Source: a virus (lineage: Duplodnaviria > Caudoviricetes). Taken from it: a stretch of 64,000 nt of DNA. The stretch lies in the IMG/VR virus record IMGVR_UViG_2643221888_000001, positions 1 through 64,000 of that record. One strand, given 5' to 3'. A program made the translations under genes and the position numbers. Under the pieces are notes generated by a model, which had not been told where the DNA came from, did not search any database, and saw nothing but the letters and a program-made list of their open reading frames with translations. This document shows, one piece after another, positions 28,741 through 38,017 of this stretch (the first letter of the stretch is position 1; every line of letters starts with the position of its first letter).

Positions 28741-29271
28741 ATGGGTTATGCAGATCGGTTTGTAATGAGTTTGGGCGCCAGCACGTTGCAGGACGACGCG
28801 CAGCATCACGCGGCCGAGCCGTTGGCCGCCGCAGCTCTAGCCGACCTGACTGGCGCGGGGTTCGGTGCGCTGCTGACCCGCGTGAAGTACGCCGATGGAT
28901 CGATCAGCAAAACTTTCGAATCGGGCACGCAAAACCTAGCGCAACTGCTACGCATCTGGACCGAGCGCGTTACCCAGAAGGGCCGCGAACGCAAGTGGGT
29001 GAAGGAGGGCACCGAGTGGGACGTCCGTGCCGCCCTGACCTTGTATCGCCGCGTCGCCGAGCGCTCGCTGGCTTACTGGCTCGACGGGAAATGCGGCACC
29101 TGCCACGGTACCGGTACGGCAAACCGCATGCTGTGTTCGCCATGCAAAGGCAGTGGCCGAGGCGAGATCGGTGGCGGCGGCTTCGAGCGCGAAAAGGCGC
29201 TTGACATGGTTAGCGAGCTGGAGGGACTGCTCCAGTCGCACAACGCTCGCTCAGCAGTACTTCTACGCTAG
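28741..29271 (+). CDS. Q-like late antiterminator (putative)
   Basis: CGTCHGTG..CSPCKGSG zinc finger; last gene of the early-right operon. Confidence 0.65.
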   Translation: MGYADRFVMSLGASTLQDDAQHHAAEPLAAAALADLTGAGFGALLTRVKYADGSISKTFESGTQNLAQLLRIWTERVTQKGRERKWVKEGTEWDVRAALTLYRRVAERSLAYWLDGKCGTCHGTGTANRMLCSPCKGSGRGEIGGGGFEREKALDMVSELEGLLQSHNARSAVLLR

Positions 29272-30803
29272 TGCGCTACCGGCTGAAAAAAATCTTCTAG
29301 TTTTGGTCGGAATATTTGTGGCATGGATTCCCGGGTGAGATCAGTAAATGAAATATCCCGGTCTTGGAAGTCGGCTGCAGAAAGCAGCATGTACCGCTCG
29401 ATTTTCTCGTTCCGCTCGTCGAGCACGGCGCCAAACAGGAAATCGAACCCCGTCGCAAGCCGTTTGTTGATCCTCCATCGAACATAGCCCCATCTTTTGT
29501 CTACCGCGCATCTGATGACGCGGATTGAAACTGTTACTGAATCGTTGATCCGCAATGTATGGGGAATTTCAGTTTCTGTCCAACTTGCTCCTGCTAGAGC
29601 AATTGCCGCCTTTACCTGGTCAACGATGATCGCCTTTAGCGACAGTGTTCTGATTCGGGTGGCGAGTGCTTGACCGTTGAAATCTCCAGGTATCCCTGCC
29701 AACTCGTAGGCTTTGTAAAGGCTACCAAAGCGACGATTAAAAAGCTGGCAGGCCGGCGCTTCAGAATCACGATCTATCAATCCGCTCGTGATGCGACCGT
29801 GCTCGCGGTAGATTCTTTGCAAGGTGGCCATCAGCTCTTCGGTGGTGTACCGGTAGTTCCTGTCGCACCGTTCCGCGCGGGCCGCGTGGAAAAGCTCGAG
29901 CGGGACTATCGGAGGAAACGCGCCGTCGCAGCGAACCCATAAGTGCGGTGGATTGCGAACTGCCGTTTTTTTCAGCTTGTACGATCCCTTGTTGAACACA
30001 AGATTTCCGATGTATTTTTCGTTGCGTAGCATCCCGCGAATTAACGCGCCCGTCCAAGGCCTCCCAGACTCTGACGCGACATTTTGTTCGTTGAGGACCG
30101 CCGCGATGCGCCGGTCACCAATTTGGTCGGCAGCATACCATTTAAATATTAGATTGACGACTTCAATTTCCTCTTTCGGGCCTGGAACTAGCACCACGCG
30201 ATGTGTCTGAACGGCCTTCCACTCGCCTTTTTCCATAAGTCGTAAAAATTTTCCATCAGCGTCAAGCAACGCTCGGCGCAACCCATATCCAGCCATCCCG
30301 CCCAATTTGTATCCCATCCGGATAATTCGGCACTGAGCAACGAACACTTTCGAAGATAGCTCGCGACTGTAGTCCGCGGCGGCTATGCGCTTCATCGCTT
30401 TGATGATCGATGTATATGGTGAATCGTCGTTGGAGAACGATTCGGTGCAGTAAGTGACCTGGACCCCATTCAGCCGGCAGATGTATTCGTAGTGGGCGCT
30501 TTCATCGACATCCTGAAACCTTCCCCATCGGCTCACATCGTAGACCAGGATCGAGGTGAAGTCGTCCTTCGTCTGTACATCCGCCAGCAGCTGCTGAAGC
30601 CCAGGCCTTCCCCGCATAGTGAGTCCGCTCTTGCCCGAATCTTCGTACACCGCGACTATGGTTATGTCATGCTCCGCTGCATACTCTTTGATGCGCTGCA
30701 TCTGATTCGCTGTAGAGTATGTCTGTTTTTCCGTAGACATCCTGACATAAGCCGCAGCGCGACGTAATGGTATCTCGCTCGGTAATCCATGCATGCTGGT
30801 CAT
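29268..30803 (-). CDS. Large serine recombinase (resolvase + recombinase domains)
   Basis: AAAYVRMST catalytic Ser, DSGKSG, DVSRWGR, LRNEKYIG; GGAG SD. Confidence 0.93.
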   Translation of the reverse strand: MTSMHGLPSEIPLRRAAAYVRMSTEKQTYSTANQMQRIKEYAAEHDITIVAVYEDSGKSGLTMRGRPGLQQLLADVQTKDDFTSILVYDVSRWGRFQDVDESAHYEYICRLNGVQVTYCTESFSNDDSPYTSIIKAMKRIAAADYSRELSSKVFVAQCRIIRMGYKLGGMAGYGLRRALLDADGKFLRLMEKGEWKAVQTHRVVLVPGPKEEIEVVNLIFKWYAADQIGDRRIAAVLNEQNVASESGRPWTGALIRGMLRNEKYIGNLVFNKGSYKLKKTAVRNPPHLWVRCDGAFPPIVPLELFHAARAERCDRNYRYTTEELMATLQRIYREHGRITSGLIDRDSEAPACQLFNRRFGSLYKAYELAGIPGDFNGQALATRIRTLSLKAIIVDQVKAAIALAGASWTETEIPHTLRINDSVTVSIRVIRCAVDKRWGYVRWRINKRLATGFDFLFGAVLDERNEKIERYMLLSAADFQDRDISFTDLTRESMPQIFRPKLEDFFQPVAH

Positions 30804-30987
30804 CGCGTCGCTCCGTTCGAATGGTGGAAAAGCAGCGACAGGATAGCGCGGCGAGCGGTCTCGTCAGATATTTTATGGCCATGTCGAAGGGCACCCCGTT
30901 TTCATGCAGTAGCGCTGCGGCGAACGGGATGCCGTGGGTGGCCGCTAGCGCGCGGGCAGCGAAGCAAAGGCGTAGTTGTTTTTTCAT
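30667..30987 (-). CDS. Small hypothetical protein upstream of the serine recombinase
   Basis: MKKQLRLCFAARALAATHG..; its 3' part overlaps the recombinase. Confidence 0.45.
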   Translation of the reverse strand: MKKQLRLCFAARALAATHGIPFAAALLHENGVPFDMAIKYLTRPLAALSCRCFSTIRTERRDDQHAWITERDTITSRCGLCQDVYGKTDILYSESDAAHQRVCSGA

Positions 30988-31059
30988 GTGCCTACAATAC
31001 AGCCGACGCGACCATGGGCACTTGATGTAGCTCAAATTGCAGAATCTGCAAAAGCCCTA

Positions 31060-31089
31060 TTGCGCACAATAAAATTTCTATGTTAACTT
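31060..31089 (+). promoter_or_regulatory. Candidate late promoter PR'
   Basis: TTGCGC, 17-18 nt, then TTAACT/TAACTT in an AT-rich stretch before the late operon. Confidence 0.55.
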
Positions 31090-31223
31090 GCGGCTACACA
31101 CTTCCTGCACTCGTAATGATCGCTTCTGCGGCACCGATAGCATGAATTTGCGAGTAGACCAGCCGATGTGCCTCCGCTCGCGTGTGTCTCCCGCTCACTT
31201 CGCAGATAGCGCTGGAGCACCCC

Positions 31224-31247
31224 AAGCCACCCGTGCGGTGGCTTTTC
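31224..31247 (+). terminator. Candidate tR' terminator
   Basis: AGCCAC-CCGTGCG-GTGGCT followed by TTT. Confidence 0.65.
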
Positions 31248-31276
31248 TAATTCCGCATTCGAAACGCGAGGCGGCC

Positions 31277-31441
31277 ATGCCTGACACGACCCGCCCGCCG
31301 AAGGAACTCGTCCGCGAGTACCTGGAGCGCCGCACGCACGCGCCGCTGGAGCCGCCGCCGACGCCTGACGAGATCCGGCGCCAGTTGGGCTGGCATCTAC
31401 TGCCGACGATTTGCCAACCGGACCGCGACGAACGAGATTGA
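31277..31441 (+). CDS. Small conserved protein
   Basis: MPDTTRPPKELVREYL..PPTPDEIRRQLGW; GAGG SD. Confidence 0.7.
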   Translation: MPDTTRPPKELVREYLERRTHAPLEPPPTPDEIRRQLGWHLLPTICQPDRDERD

Positions 31442-31753
31442 AAGTGCAGGCCACAGCACGCTGGCCGCCCAGGAGGTGCGATATGAAGTAGGCAAACCTG
31501 ACAGCTTGGGTCGCAAGGCCAACCCCCCCCCAGCCGGACGCCGCCTACGGGCTGCGTGCCAAACCGGCCGCCGAGACGCTGTAACTCGGCATCCCTCGCA
31601 AGAGGCGCTACACGCATGGCATCTGCAGTCGGGAGTCCCCGGCCAGCGCAGCAGGTGCCATTCGTGTAACGATTCGCCGCACCCGCATTAATCCCGAGGC
31701 TTCGGCAGAGGATGAGACTGTGGGGCGGCTCATATGTCTCCTGTAGCGCCTTT

Positions 31754-31792
31754 GCCGCCGGCCGCATCACTGCGCTGGCGGCTTTTTTATTT
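31754..31792 (+). terminator. Intrinsic terminator
   Basis: GCCGCC..GGCGGC stem followed by TTTTTTATTT. Confidence 0.7.
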
Positions 31793-31801
31793 GAGGTGGC
31801 C

Positions 31802-31948
31802 ATGCCCAGTATCGACTTCCGCGGCATCTTCATCGTGGGCGTGCTGCTCGGCGCCGCGTTCGTTGGCGTCATTGCCGGCGCTGTGGTGCTGGCCTGGCCG
31901 CACGTGTGGAGCTGGCTCAAGCCGCTGCTGCACGCTGCAACATCCTGA
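31802..31948 (+). CDS. Small membrane protein (48 aa)
   Basis: GAGGT SD; one long hydrophobic segment. Confidence 0.65.
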   Translation: MPSIDFRGIFIVGVLLGAAFVGVIAGAVVLAWPHVWSWLKPLLHAATS

Positions 31949-32121
31949 GCCCTCTGCGCATTTAGAACACGGGCGTACCTGCCATCGCACTCCAGCGGCA
32001 GGGCTTGCAAAAGCGGGTGCAGTTCGCCGACGAAACAAGACCGGGTGGGTCCGGCCGCCGGGCGCAGATCAGCGCGCCCTGCGGTCCCAGCCTGGAGCGG
32101 GCGGCGACGCCAAGGAACACT

Positions 32122-32367
32122 ATGAACAAGCACCAGCACCACAGCAACAACGACGTGCTGGGCGCTCCGCTCGGCTGGAGCCAGGCACAGCTGCCATGCA
32201 GCGCCTTACCGATCACCCGCACCGAGTGCGACGGCATCCCCGCCGTGGTGAGTTACTGGAAACCCTCACAGAACGAGCTGGCTATTCTGGCCGGAGGCGG
32301 TTCTATCGCTCTGTGGGTGATTGGCTCGACTATGCCGCCGGTCATGCTCGCGGTAGATCCCGCGTAG
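32122..32367 (+). CDS. Hypothetical phage protein
   Basis: AAGGA SD; SYWKPSQNELAIL..GGSIAL motif. Confidence 0.75.
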   Translation: MNKHQHHSNNDVLGAPLGWSQAQLPCSALPITRTECDGIPAVVSYWKPSQNELAILAGGGSIALWVIGSTMPPVMLAVDPA

Positions 32368-32370
32368 GAC

Positions 32371-32610
32371 TTAAATGCGCGTAATACGCTGCGTGTCTCG
32401 CCCGTGCGTCCAGATGATTTGAAATTCGGTGTCGGAGATAGGAATCACCTCTTCGCCAGTGGTCAGCGTGTAGCGCCGCAACCTTCCGCCCGTCGAGGCT
32501 TGGGACTGCGCGCAGGCATCGACGTATGACTGGAATATGTGCACCTCGTAGACAACACCTTCGTCGCTAACAGCTTCAAGATTCCCCACAAATTCTTCGG
32601 TTCGCAACAT
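32371..32610 (-). CDS. Antisense small accessory protein
   Basis: 79-aa ORF with GAGG SD. Confidence 0.55.
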   Translation of the reverse strand: MLRTEEFVGNLEAVSDEGVVYEVHIFQSYVDACAQSQASTGGRLRRYTLTTGEEVIPISDTEFQIIWTHGRDTQRITRI

Positions 32611-32686
32611 TTACAGCCTCTGACTCGGTGGGGGTTACCCATTCTAAGCGCATTTAGCTTTATCCGCAGGACTATACGAGGGACAA

Positions 32687-33256
32687 ATGGGGCGTAAATC
32701 ATCCCTGACAGAAAAGCAGTGGTCGGAGATCGAGCGCCGCCTCCTCGCAGGGGAGAAGGGCAGAGCCCTCGCCCGCGAGTTCGACATCTCCGAAGCCGCC
32801 ATACGCAAGCGCTGTGGTGCGCAGACGAAACAAGTAAAAGATGTTGCAAATCAATTAGTTGCAGCAGAGACAGCCTTCCGCGCACTTCCGATTAGTGCGC
32901 AAATTCAAGCGCGTACCTTGGCCGATGAGCTCAAGGAGATCTCGATGCACCTGGCTGGCGCCGCACGCTTCGGCGCTGCCACCGCGCACCGCCTGTCGGG
33001 CATTGCCCACGCCAAGGTTGCCGAGATCGATGACGCCAAGCCGATGGACGATGAAAGCCGGGTCGCTCTGTCCGACATCGGCGCGCTGACACGGCTCGCC
33101 AACGGCGCCGCTGAGATCGGTCTGGACCTGATCAAGGCTACGAAGGACATCAAGCCCGAGGACGACAAGCCGACGCCTGTGCAGATCGTGATCGGCGTTA
33201 AGGACGCTGCGCGGCATGACGACACCCAACCTCGAACTGAACATCCCGCAGGCTAA
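32687..33256 (+). CDS. terS: Terminase small subunit
   Basis: N-terminal HTH; directly upstream of terL. Confidence 0.8.
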   Translation: MGRKSSLTEKQWSEIERRLLAGEKGRALAREFDISEAAIRKRCGAQTKQVKDVANQLVAAETAFRALPISAQIQARTLADELKEISMHLAGAARFGAATAHRLSGIAHAKVAEIDDAKPMDDESRVALSDIGALTRLANGAAEIGLDLIKATKDIKPEDDKPTPVQIVIGVKDAARHDDTQPRTEHPAG

Positions 33257-34502
33257 CTTTCTAAACCTGCCGCACAAGTACAAGGCCTACGTGGCCGGCT
33301 TCGGCTCCGGCAAGACATTCGTCGGCTGCGTGGGCATCTGCATGCACTTCTGGCAGTGGCCGGGCATCAGCCAGGGCTACTTCGCACCGACCTATCCGCA
33401 GATTCGCGACATCTTCTATCCCACGATGGAGGAGGTGGCCCACGCGATGGGCTTGAAGATCAAGGTCAAGCAGGGCGACCACGAAGTCGAGGTGTACGAG
33501 GGCCGGCTCTACCGCGGCACGGTCATCTGCCGCTCGATGGAGAAGCCGGAAACGATCGTGGGCTTCAAGATCGGCCATGCACTGATCGACGAGCTCGATG
33601 TGATGCCGATGAAGAAGGCTGAGACGGCCTGGCGCAAGATCATCGCGCGGATGCGCTACAACGTGCCAGGGCTGCTGAACGGCATCGACGTGACCACCAC
33701 GCCGGAGGGCTTCAAGTTCGTCTACGCGCAGTTTGTGAAGGCGGTGCGAGACAAGCCAGAGCTGGCGGCGCTGTACGGCCTGATCCAGGCGAGCACGTTC
33801 GACAACGAGCTCAATCTGCCGGCGGACTATATCCCGTCGCTGCTGGCCAGCTACCCGCCGGCGCTGATCGACGCCTACCTGCGCGGCAAGTTCACCAACT
33901 TGACCAGCGGTAGCGTGTACCCGGACTTCGACCGGATCAAGAACCGCAGCACGGCGATCATCCTGCCGGGCGAGCCGCTGCAGGTGGGCCTGGACTTCAA
34001 CGTGCAGAACATGACTGCCTGCATCAACGTGGTCCGCGAGGGAATGCCGTTGACGCTGGCCGAGCGCGTGAAGGTGCGGGACACGCCGGCCATGGCCCGA
34101 ATCCTGAAAGAGGACTTCGCCAATAAGGGCCACCAGATCAAGATTTACCCGGATGCCTCCGGCCAGAACACCAGCAGCAAGAATGCCAGCGAATCGGATC
34201 TGTCGATCCTGCGCGCGGCCGGCTTCCAACTGGAGGTGAACCACACCAACCCTGCGGTGAAGGACCGTGTCAACGCCTACAACGCGATGATCCTAAACGC
34301 AGCAGGCGAACGGCAGTGGAAGATCAACACTGACCTGTGCCCGACCACCACCGAAGCGCTCGAACAGCAGGTGTGGGGCGCGGACGGCCAGCCAGATAAG
34401 AAGTCTGGGCACGACCACCCGAACGACGCCAACGGCTACTTCATCGTCAAGCGGTACCCGATAGTAAAGCGCGAGACCTCGGTGTCGTCGCTGCGTCTGT
34501 AA
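33216..34502 (+). CDS. terL: Terminase large subunit
   Basis: AGFGSGKT Walker A, LIDE, TTTPEG, GLDFN nuclease, DHPNDANGY. Confidence 0.96.
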   Translation: MTTPNLELNIPQANFLNLPHKYKAYVAGFGSGKTFVGCVGICMHFWQWPGISQGYFAPTYPQIRDIFYPTMEEVAHAMGLKIKVKQGDHEVEVYEGRLYRGTVICRSMEKPETIVGFKIGHALIDELDVMPMKKAETAWRKIIARMRYNVPGLLNGIDVTTTPEGFKFVYAQFVKAVRDKPELAALYGLIQASTFDNELNLPADYIPSLLASYPPALIDAYLRGKFTNLTSGSVYPDFDRIKNRSTAIILPGEPLQVGLDFNVQNMTACINVVREGMPLTLAERVKVRDTPAMARILKEDFANKGHQIKIYPDASGQNTSSKNASESDLSILRAAGFQLEVNHTNPAVKDRVNAYNAMILNAAGERQWKINTDLCPTTTEALEQQVWGADGQPDKKSGHDHPNDANGYFIVKRYPIVKRETSVSSLRL

Positions 34503-34517
34503 TCACAAGGAATTCCC

Positions 34518-35948
34518 ATGGTTCACCCAGTACGCAAACAATCCGACGAGGCCACAGCGCTCAACGAGCACTGCGCGCTGATCGACGCGCTGCTGGGCGG
34601 TACGAAGGCCATGCGCGCCGCCGGCGAGCAGTACCTGCCGCGCTGGCCGGCAGAGGATTCGGATTCGCACAAAACGCGCCTGGCCGTGGCAACGTTGTTC
34701 CCGGCCTACCAGCGCACGATCGAGGTGCTGGGCGCCAAGCCGTTCAGCAAGCCGGTCACGCTGGGCAAGGACGTGCCCGCGAAGCTGCAGCCGTGGCTCG
34801 AAGACGTCGATCGCCAGGGACGCAACCTGCATGCTTTCCTCGCTGAGGTGGGCCAGGAGGCGCTGGGCTATGGTTTCTCGGGCATCCTGGTGGACTACCC
34901 GCCGACGCAGGACAAGGACGGCAAGCAACTCTACGTCACCAAGGCGGACGAGCAGGCCGCTGCGGTACGGCCGTACTTCGTGCAGATTCACCCCAAGAAC
35001 ATCCTGGGCTGGCTGACCGACAGGAATGGCCTCAAGCAGCTGCGCTTGCTGGAAACGGCCACCGAGGAGGACGGCGAATTCGCAACGAAGGAAGTCGAGC
35101 AGGTGCGCGTGCTGACGCGCGGCGCCTGGGCGACGTGGCGCAAGGTCGAGGGCGGCAACAAGCAGGACGACTGGCAGATTCATGAACGTGGTGTGACCAC
35201 CATCAAGGGCATCCCGTTCGTTCCCGTCTACGGCAACCGCCTGGGCTTCATGCGTGCTCGGCCGGCGCTGCTCGAGCTGGCCTATGCCAACGTCGAGCAC
35301 TGGCAGAGCAAGAGCGATCAGCAGAACATCCTGCACGTCGCTCGCGTGCCGATCCTGTTCGGGAAGGGATTGGGCGAGAGCCAGATCTCGGTTGGTGCTG
35401 GCACGGCGGTAAAGGCTGAACATCCAGACGCTGACCTTAAATTCGTGGAGCACAGCGGCAAGGCAATCGATGCCGGCCGCCTGTCGATCCTCGACCTTGA
35501 AGACCGCATGCGCCAGGCCGGCGCCGAGCTGCTGGTGATCAAGCCCGGCAACGTCACCGAGAGCCAGACGCTGGCCGACAACGAGCAGGGCGCTTGCGCG
35601 CTGCAGAAGGTGGCCGAGAACATCGAGGACTCGGGCGACCAGGCGCTGCAGTTCATGGCTGAGTGGGTGGGTGAGGCGCAAGGCGGCCACATCACCGTGT
35701 TCAAGGACTTCGGCGCCGCAACCCTGGCCGAGGCCAGTGCCGAGCTGCTGCTGAAGGTCAATCAGGCCGGCCGACTGTCCAACGAATCGCTGTATGGCGA
35801 GTTGCAGCGGCGCGGCATCGTCCGGCCCGACGCCACATGGGCGGAAGAGCAAGAGCGCATCGATGCGCAGGGGCCGGCACTGGCAAACCTGCCCGATCCT
35901 GACGCGCCGCCGGCACCGCAACCGAAGGCCAAGCCTAAAGCAACATGA
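34518..35948 (+). CDS. Portal protein (DUF4055-like)
   Basis: Follows terL; GGTKAMRAAGEQYLPRWPAE motif. Confidence 0.88.
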   Translation: MVHPVRKQSDEATALNEHCALIDALLGGTKAMRAAGEQYLPRWPAEDSDSHKTRLAVATLFPAYQRTIEVLGAKPFSKPVTLGKDVPAKLQPWLEDVDRQGRNLHAFLAEVGQEALGYGFSGILVDYPPTQDKDGKQLYVTKADEQAAAVRPYFVQIHPKNILGWLTDRNGLKQLRLLETATEEDGEFATKEVEQVRVLTRGAWATWRKVEGGNKQDDWQIHERGVTTIKGIPFVPVYGNRLGFMRARPALLELAYANVEHWQSKSDQQNILHVARVPILFGKGLGESQISVGAGTAVKAEHPDADLKFVEHSGKAIDAGRLSILDLEDRMRQAGAELLVIKPGNVTESQTLADNEQGACALQKVAENIEDSGDQALQFMAEWVGEAQGGHITVFKDFGAATLAEASAELLLKVNQAGRLSNESLYGELQRRGIVRPDATWAEEQERIDAQGPALANLPDPDAPPAPQPKAKPKAT

Positions 35949-37546
35949 TCGATCCGCTGCTCGACCATACCGTCCGCCACCAGGTGAACATGGCCCAATA
36001 CGGCAATTACGTACTGGCGAAAATGATCCGGGTGCTGAACCTTACCGATGCTGACCTGATCGGCGCCCTGAACGCGGCGCTGGAGGAGGTCGACGCGGAC
36101 TCCTTCAAGGTCCAGCGCCTGGACAAGCTGCTGGCCAGCGTGCGGGAAGTGAATGCCCAGGCTTACGCGAAGCTGTACGGCGCCATGGCCGACGAGCTCC
36201 AGGCCTACGTGGAGTACGAAGGCCAGTTCCAGTACGACCTGTACAAGCAGGTGGTTCCGGCGACGTTCAGCATTTCCAGTGTGGTACCGGAGCAGGTCTA
36301 CGCCGCCGCGATGGCGCAGCCGATGCAGGGCCGCCTGCTCAAGGACTGGGCGGCCAACCTGTCGGCCAGCCGGCTGCAGCGCGTCAAAGACACCATCGCC
36401 GTGGGCTATACCCAAGGCAAGACGACCAGCGACATCGTGCGTGAGATTCGCGGCACGAAAGCCCTGAACTACGCCGACGGCTTGCTCGACACGAGCCGCC
36501 GGGAGGTGGACGCGGTGGTGCGCACTGCGCTGAGCCACACGGCCCAGGTCACGCGCACGCGCTTCACGAAAGAAAACGATGACATCCTCGGCGACGAGAT
36601 GTGGGTCAGCACCCTGGACGGCCGCACCAGCCCGGAGTGCCGCGCCCGCGACCACCTGCTGTACACCAGGGGCGACCATCAGCCGGTCGGTCACGACCTA
36701 CCATGGCGCGCCGGCCCTGGCCGCATCCACTGGTGCTGCCGCTCGTCCTCGATCGCGCTGCTGAAAGGCCAGAAGTCGCTGACGGGCGCGCGTGCGTCCG
36801 CTGGCGGTTCGGTCGATGCGAACCTGGCCTACTCGGACTGGTTCAAGCAGCAGACCGCTGACGTGCAGGACCAGGTCATCGGCCCGGCGCGGGGCGACCT
36901 CTACCGCGCCGGCAAGTTTGACGTCAAAGACTTCACGAACGACAAGGGCCGGATGGCCTCGCTAAAGGAATTGCGCGCGCGCGACGGCGCCGCCTTCCGG
37001 CAGCCGCCCGGCGACTTCACTGTGTACGATTCGACCTATCCGCGCACGCTGCCCGACACCTCGACGCCGGCACGCCAGCAAGCTGTAGCAATCGAGGAGC
37101 GCATCCGAGACGACACGCTGGAGACAGGCGCTTTCGTGGCGCCTGATGGCAAGGTGCTGGCGCAGCGCCAGGGGCAGCCAGATCGGGTAACCTTCAAAGG
37201 GTCGGATTTCGATGGCGTGGCCGGCGCGGTGTTCACGCACAACCACCCAGGCGGCACGTCGTTCTCGCTGGCCGACGTGGCCCATGCGGCAGATCTCAAC
37301 CTGGCTGAGTTGCGAGCCGTGACACCGCTGCAGCGGTTCAGCATGATGCCGGGCAAGGCCTGGCCTGATCCTGGCACCATCCAGAAGGCTTATAATGCTG
37401 AGTTGAAGCACGCCCAGCTGGACGTGCACAATCGCGTCACGGGCGGCGAACTGCAGGCGAAGTTCAAGGCCGCCGAAACTGCCCACATCCTGTGGGAGCG
37501 CGTGGCGAAACGACTCGGCATGCAGTACACCAGGGAGAATTCGTAG
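35945..37546 (+). CDS. MuF/gp7 head morphogenesis protein with C-terminal JAB-like domain
   Basis: VRTA..WVSTLDGRTS..CRARD..HWCCRS (MuF); C-terminal E..THNHPGGTSFSLAD. Confidence 0.88.
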   Translation: MIDPLLDHTVRHQVNMAQYGNYVLAKMIRVLNLTDADLIGALNAALEEVDADSFKVQRLDKLLASVREVNAQAYAKLYGAMADELQAYVEYEGQFQYDLYKQVVPATFSISSVVPEQVYAAAMAQPMQGRLLKDWAANLSASRLQRVKDTIAVGYTQGKTTSDIVREIRGTKALNYADGLLDTSRREVDAVVRTALSHTAQVTRTRFTKENDDILGDEMWVSTLDGRTSPECRARDHLLYTRGDHQPVGHDLPWRAGPGRIHWCCRSSSIALLKGQKSLTGARASAGGSVDANLAYSDWFKQQTADVQDQVIGPARGDLYRAGKFDVKDFTNDKGRMASLKELRARDGAAFRQPPGDFTVYDSTYPRTLPDTSTPARQQAVAIEERIRDDTLETGAFVAPDGKVLAQRQGQPDRVTFKGSDFDGVAGAVFTHNHPGGTSFSLADVAHAADLNLAELRAVTPLQRFSMMPGKAWPDPGTIQKAYNAELKHAQLDVHNRVTGGELQAKFKAAETAHILWERVAKRLGMQYTRENS

Positions 37547-37717
37547 ATGGAACCGCAAAAGTGGCCGGAGAAGCACATCGGCGACGTCATTGTCGAGCGC
37601 AAGGGGCATCCAGTCTGGTGCACCCGTGCTGACGTTCGGCCGGACGACGGGCGTTGCTTCTACGATGGCGATCTGTCTGACGTGCTCGAGCCTGATGACC
37701 CTCGTGTGGCGGACTGA
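37547..37717 (+). CDS. Small acidic protein (56 aa), candidate immunity protein
   Basis: Read by hand: MEPQKWPEKHIGDVIVERK..EPDDPRVAD; ATG directly after the MuF stop; GGGAG SD. Confidence 0.65.
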   Translation: MEPQKWPEKHIGDVIVERKGHPVWCTRADVRPDDGRCFYDGDLSDVLEPDDPRVAD

Positions 37718-37941
37718 TGCTGCACCTGGTCCCTGACACTCCGGCACCTGAGAAGCCGAAGCTGCGTAGCGCCCGCGCCAGCAAGCCGGCCGACATGCTG
37801 CAATGCCCGCGCTGCCAAGGCCGGGAGTTCATCGAGACGGTGATTGGCGCCATGGTGCAGGCGCGCAAGCTCAAGGGCGGCACCCGGCAGATCGTCTGCT
37901 TCGGCTGCATGCTGAATGGTGAGCGCGTGGTCGTCGCATAA
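37717..37941 (+). CDS. Small zinc-ribbon protein
   Basis: CPRC..CFGC; TGATG coupling. Confidence 0.75.
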   Translation: MLHLVPDTPAPEKPKLRSARASKPADMLQCPRCQGREFIETVIGAMVQARKLKGGTRQIVCFGCMLNGERVVVA

Positions 37942-37973
37942 ATCGACCACAAATATTCCAAAAATTATTCTAA

Positions 37974-38004
37974 AGGCCGCCCGGGCAACCTGGCGGCTTT
38001 TTTT
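37974..38004 (+). terminator. Intrinsic terminator
   Basis: GCCGCC-CGGGCAACCT-GGCGGC followed by T7. Confidence 0.75.
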
Positions 38005-38017
38005 ATGCCTGGGCCAT

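Noticed and set aside
31490-31560. GGCAAACC..GGGTCGCAAGGCC resembles the 5' half of a c-di-GMP-I (GEMM) riboswitch
   Set aside because: No GNRA-capped inner stem and no convincing second hairpin with a tetraloop receptor; a simple GCAA hairpin explains it. An Rfam search would settle it.
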